60,980 nt of DNA from Candidatus Dadabacteria bacterium (GTDB lineage: Bacteria; Desulfobacterota_D; UBA1144; Nemesobacterales; JADFKM01): NCBI GenBank assembly GCA_022564935.1, contig JADFKM010000004.1, positions 1-60,980 of the forward strand, given 5' to 3'. Under the pieces are notes generated by a model that saw only the letters and a program-made list of their open reading frames with translations, was not told the DNA's origin and did no database searches. A program made the translations under genes and the position numbers. Positions within the stretch are counted from its first letter, which is position 1. Every line of letters begins with the position of its first letter. This document shows, piece by piece, positions 58,249 to 60,980 of this stretch.

Positions 58249-59940
58249 ATGAAAAAGAGCTGGGTTGTACATAAAGAAAATCCAAAGCTCAGAGACAAGC
58301 TCTCCAAGGCGCTTGGTATTTCCCCTATTACCTCACAGGTGCTGATAAACCGCGGCATTGAAAATGAAGCCGAGGCCGAGCTTTATTTAAAAAGCACGCT
58401 GTTCGACCTGCCGTCCCCATTCCTCCTGAAGGATATGGATAAGGCGGTAAACAGGATTATGCAGGCTATTGAGAGGGGAGAAAAAATTGCCGTCTACGGG
58501 GATTACGACGTGGATGGGGTTACCTCCACGGCACTCCTGTACCACTTTCTCAAGGGCTTCGGGGCACTTGCGATGTACTATAACCCCGATAGGCTAACCG
58601 AGGGTTACGGAGTAAATTTCGGGGCCGTCGAGAGGCTCAAGCAACAGGGAGTGAGCCTCATAATATCCGGGGACTGCGGTATTACGGCCTGGCGAGAGAT
58701 AGAAGAGGCAAAGAAGATCGGCGTTGATTTCATCGTGACCGACCATCACACTCCCCCCGAGGTTTTGCCCGACGCAGTGGCCGTGTTGAATCCCCATCAG
58801 CCTGGCTGCGCATATCCCGGCAAAGAGATTGCGGGGGTGGGAGTGGTGTTCAACCTGGTCATGGGGCTCAGAAGGGTGCTTCGTGACGGCGGGTTTTTTA
58901 AGCGCAAGGAGCCGAATCTCGGAGACTATCTCGACCTCGTAGCGCTCGGCACCGTTGCTGACTGCGCCTCTCTTACGAACGTGAACAGGGTACTGGTTCG
59001 TGAGGGGATTAAAAGGATGCACCGGCCTAAGCGCGCCGGAATTCGCGCCCTCAAAGAGGTGAGCGGTCTGAGCGGAGAGATCGATGCTGGAGATATCGGG
59101 TTCAGGCTCGGCCCTAGGGTGAACGCCTCGGGGAGGCTCAACAGCGCACGGGAGGCGGTGGAGCTGTTGATATCTGAGGATATGGGACAATCCAGGGAGC
59201 TTGCCAAGACGCTTAACAGCGAAAACCAGAAGAGGCAGGCGATCGAGGCCGATATTTTCTCTGAGGCCATAACAATGGTTGAATCGAGTCCCGAGCTTTC
59301 AGGCGCCCTCTCCATCGTGCTTGAGTCCCAGAAATGGCATCCGGGTGTAATAGGCATCGTCGCATCGAAGATAGCCGGGTGGTGCAACAAGCCCGCCGTG
59401 CTCATCGCGGTTGGCGAAGATGGCGTGGGAAAGGGCTCCGGCAGGGGCGTTGAAGGTCTGAATCTCTACGACGCATTGGCGGAGTGTAAGGAGCTGTTCG
59501 TTGATTTCGGCGGTCATGAGCTTGCCGCGGGCCTCTCGATCAGGGAAGAAAATATTGATGCCTTCAAGACGAGGTTTGAGGAGGCCGTAGCAAAGGCGGG
59601 CGGGCATTTCCCGCGGAAGATCCATATCGACGGCGAAGTCGATATGGCAGAGGTGGACGAGAGCCTCCTAAAGGAGCTTGATACGCTCTCGCCGTACGGG
59701 ATAGGCAATCCCGAGCCGGTTTTTGTGGCGAAGTGTTTGACGGTTGTCTCGAGCCGCGTCCTGAAGGAAAAGCACCTGAGCATTACTGTGTCTTCGGGGG
59801 GTAGGACATATAACGCCATCTGGTTCAATTTTAAGGGCAGTCCTGACCTGCAGGGTGAGATTGACGTCGTGTTTACCCCCGAGTTCAACGTCTGGAACGG
59901 CAAAAAGGAGGTGAGGATACGGGTTCTGGACATAGATTAG
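58249..59940 (+). CDS. recJ: Single-stranded DNA exonuclease
   Basis: GDYDVDG, DCG, TDHH, GTVAD, GPRVNASGR, GGHELAAG. Confidence 0.96.
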   Translation: MKKSWVVHKENPKLRDKLSKALGISPITSQVLINRGIENEAEAELYLKSTLFDLPSPFLLKDMDKAVNRIMQAIERGEKIAVYGDYDVDGVTSTALLYHFLKGFGALAMYYNPDRLTEGYGVNFGAVERLKQQGVSLIISGDCGITAWREIEEAKKIGVDFIVTDHHTPPEVLPDAVAVLNPHQPGCAYPGKEIAGVGVVFNLVMGLRRVLRDGGFFKRKEPNLGDYLDLVALGTVADCASLTNVNRVLVREGIKRMHRPKRAGIRALKEVSGLSGEIDAGDIGFRLGPRVNASGRLNSAREAVELLISEDMGQSRELAKTLNSENQKRQAIEADIFSEAITMVESSPELSGALSIVLESQKWHPGVIGIVASKIAGWCNKPAVLIAVGEDGVGKGSGRGVEGLNLYDALAECKELFVDFGGHELAAGLSIREENIDAFKTRFEEAVAKAGGHFPRKIHIDGEVDMAEVDESLLKELDTLSPYGIGNPEPVFVAKCLTVVSSRVLKEKHLSITVSSGGRTYNAIWFNFKGSPDLQGEIDVVFTPEFNVWNGKKEVRIRVLDID

Positions 59941-60478
59941 GGGGGTAGGGGGGTGGTTGAGGGGAATTTATTGTTCAAATACCTGTGCGGCGCCTTTGCA
60001 GTTCTTTTGTTTTGAAATCTGACATTCGAACCCTTCCAGTTTTACAAATCATATCGATTAACGAGATGTTTCTTTGCCCATTTTATCGATGATCTTTGAT
60101 AAGATTATCATCATTTGTGGCTCCTCTGTGGCGTAGAGTGAAATTACCCCCCCATAGGGGGTTTGATCCTTGAAGGAGCCATTGTCGATGTTCGGGGTAT
60201 TCGGAATTTCCTGAAAATTTAGGTTAAGCCCCTCCCTGTGGGCTGTGTTATTAATGAGCGGGTTTTCGGCGCCGCATACTCACGGTATGAGTTTATTTTA
60301 ATTAAGCGCCGAGGGCTCTTAATTGTGGAGGGTGGGGTGTTTGACAGTCTCAGGTTTTCATGTTAAAAATTTTTGGCTTTTGAATGCCTCTTTTATGCGC
60401 TCTTTTCCTGCTTAAGGATACTTAATTGTCTGGATAGACTTAATATTTTTCTGCTTTAAGGAAACATAACATACGATA

Positions 60479-60980
60479 ATGCCAGTTGAAGAAATAGGAG
60501 GCGGATATCCTGTTGAGAAGTTTCTCCTCGCCTTTGCCATAGTTCTGATTGCTTCCAAATTGTTCGGTGAGCTGTTCGAGCGCTTCAAGCAGCCCTCTGT
60601 GCTGGGCGAGCTTGTAGCAGGTGTAGTTCTGGGAGGGAGCGTTCTTGCGCTGGTTCCGTCCATACAGGGTGAGGCGGGTTACGAGACGTTCCACCTTCTG
60701 GCGGAGGTAGGGGTTGCTATTCTGCTCTTTGAGATAGGGCTGGAGACCGATTTGAAGGAGCTCCTGAAGGTGGGAATTACCTCCATTATGGTGGCCGTTG
60801 TAGGGGTCGTTACCCCCTTTGTCCTGGGCTTTTTTAGCATCTTGGCGTTTGCGAAGGCGGGAATGCTCGGCCAGATAGAGGGCAACATGGTTATGCTCAT
60901 CGCCATTATGGTGGGTGCCACTTTGACTGCGACCAGCGTGGGGATTACCGCAAGGGTGCTCTCGGACATGAACCGTCTCC
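60479..60980 (+). CDS. Cation:proton antiporter (CPA2), runs off the window
   Basis: Manual translation KLFGELFERFKQPSVLGELVAGVVLG, LLFEIGLETD, TATSVGITARVL. Confidence 0.92.
   Translation, partial: MPVEEIGGGYPVEKFLLAFAIVLIASKLFGELFERFKQPSVLGELVAGVVLGGSVLALVPSIQGEAGYETFHLLAEVGVAILLFEIGLETDLKELLKVGITSIMVAVVGVVTPFVLGFFSILAFAKAGMLGQIEGNMVMLIAIMVGATLTATSVGITARVLSDMNRL

Noticed and set aside
59938-60165. G-rich run, Fur-like TGATAAGATTATCA and CsoR-like C/G tract after recJ
   Set aside because: Spacing does not match consensus and there is no cognate target gene adjacent.
1-60980. CRISPR array, prophage or rRNA; the many antisense ORFs in the track
   Set aside because: No regularly spaced repeats, phage structural genes or rRNA seen; antisense ORFs overlap well-supported genes and lack motifs.

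Overview
Bacterial chromosomal segment. The gene content resembles a Desulfobacterota/Deltaproteobacteria-like aerobe (inference only). Most of it is housekeeping: PMM/PGM, queF, ndk, aroC, prfB, nadK, fmt, rimO, tyrS, rnhA with RNase P RNA, murJ, aroQ and recJ. It also carries a complete A2-type caa3 cytochrome c oxidase cluster, a type IV pilin-ABC-TPR-glycosyltransferase locus and two tRNAs (Gln-CTG, Ile2-CAT). The most striking hidden structure is at tRNA-Gln (7343-9610): a decayed tandem genomic-island array. Two large-serine-recombinase C-terminal remnants each read through a 9-bp att core (CCCCAGCCA), so recombination would swap the integrase C-terminus; the cargo is a B12-radical SAM gene and an IS3 remnant. 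Other signals: three unannotated small proteins (57-aa hyper-acidic, 59-aa basic, 49-aa secreted Cys-peptide), a ~65-bp dispersed inverted repeat, a ~180-nt candidate structured RNA before ndk, several chimeric deletion scars, RimO with a Cys->Trp cluster-ligand change, prfB without its frameshift, a ClpX paralog lacking the zinc-binding domain, and apparently leaderless genes. The ORF track gives the wrong strand for 43568..44227 (it is on +). All family assignments come from motif recognition, not database searches.
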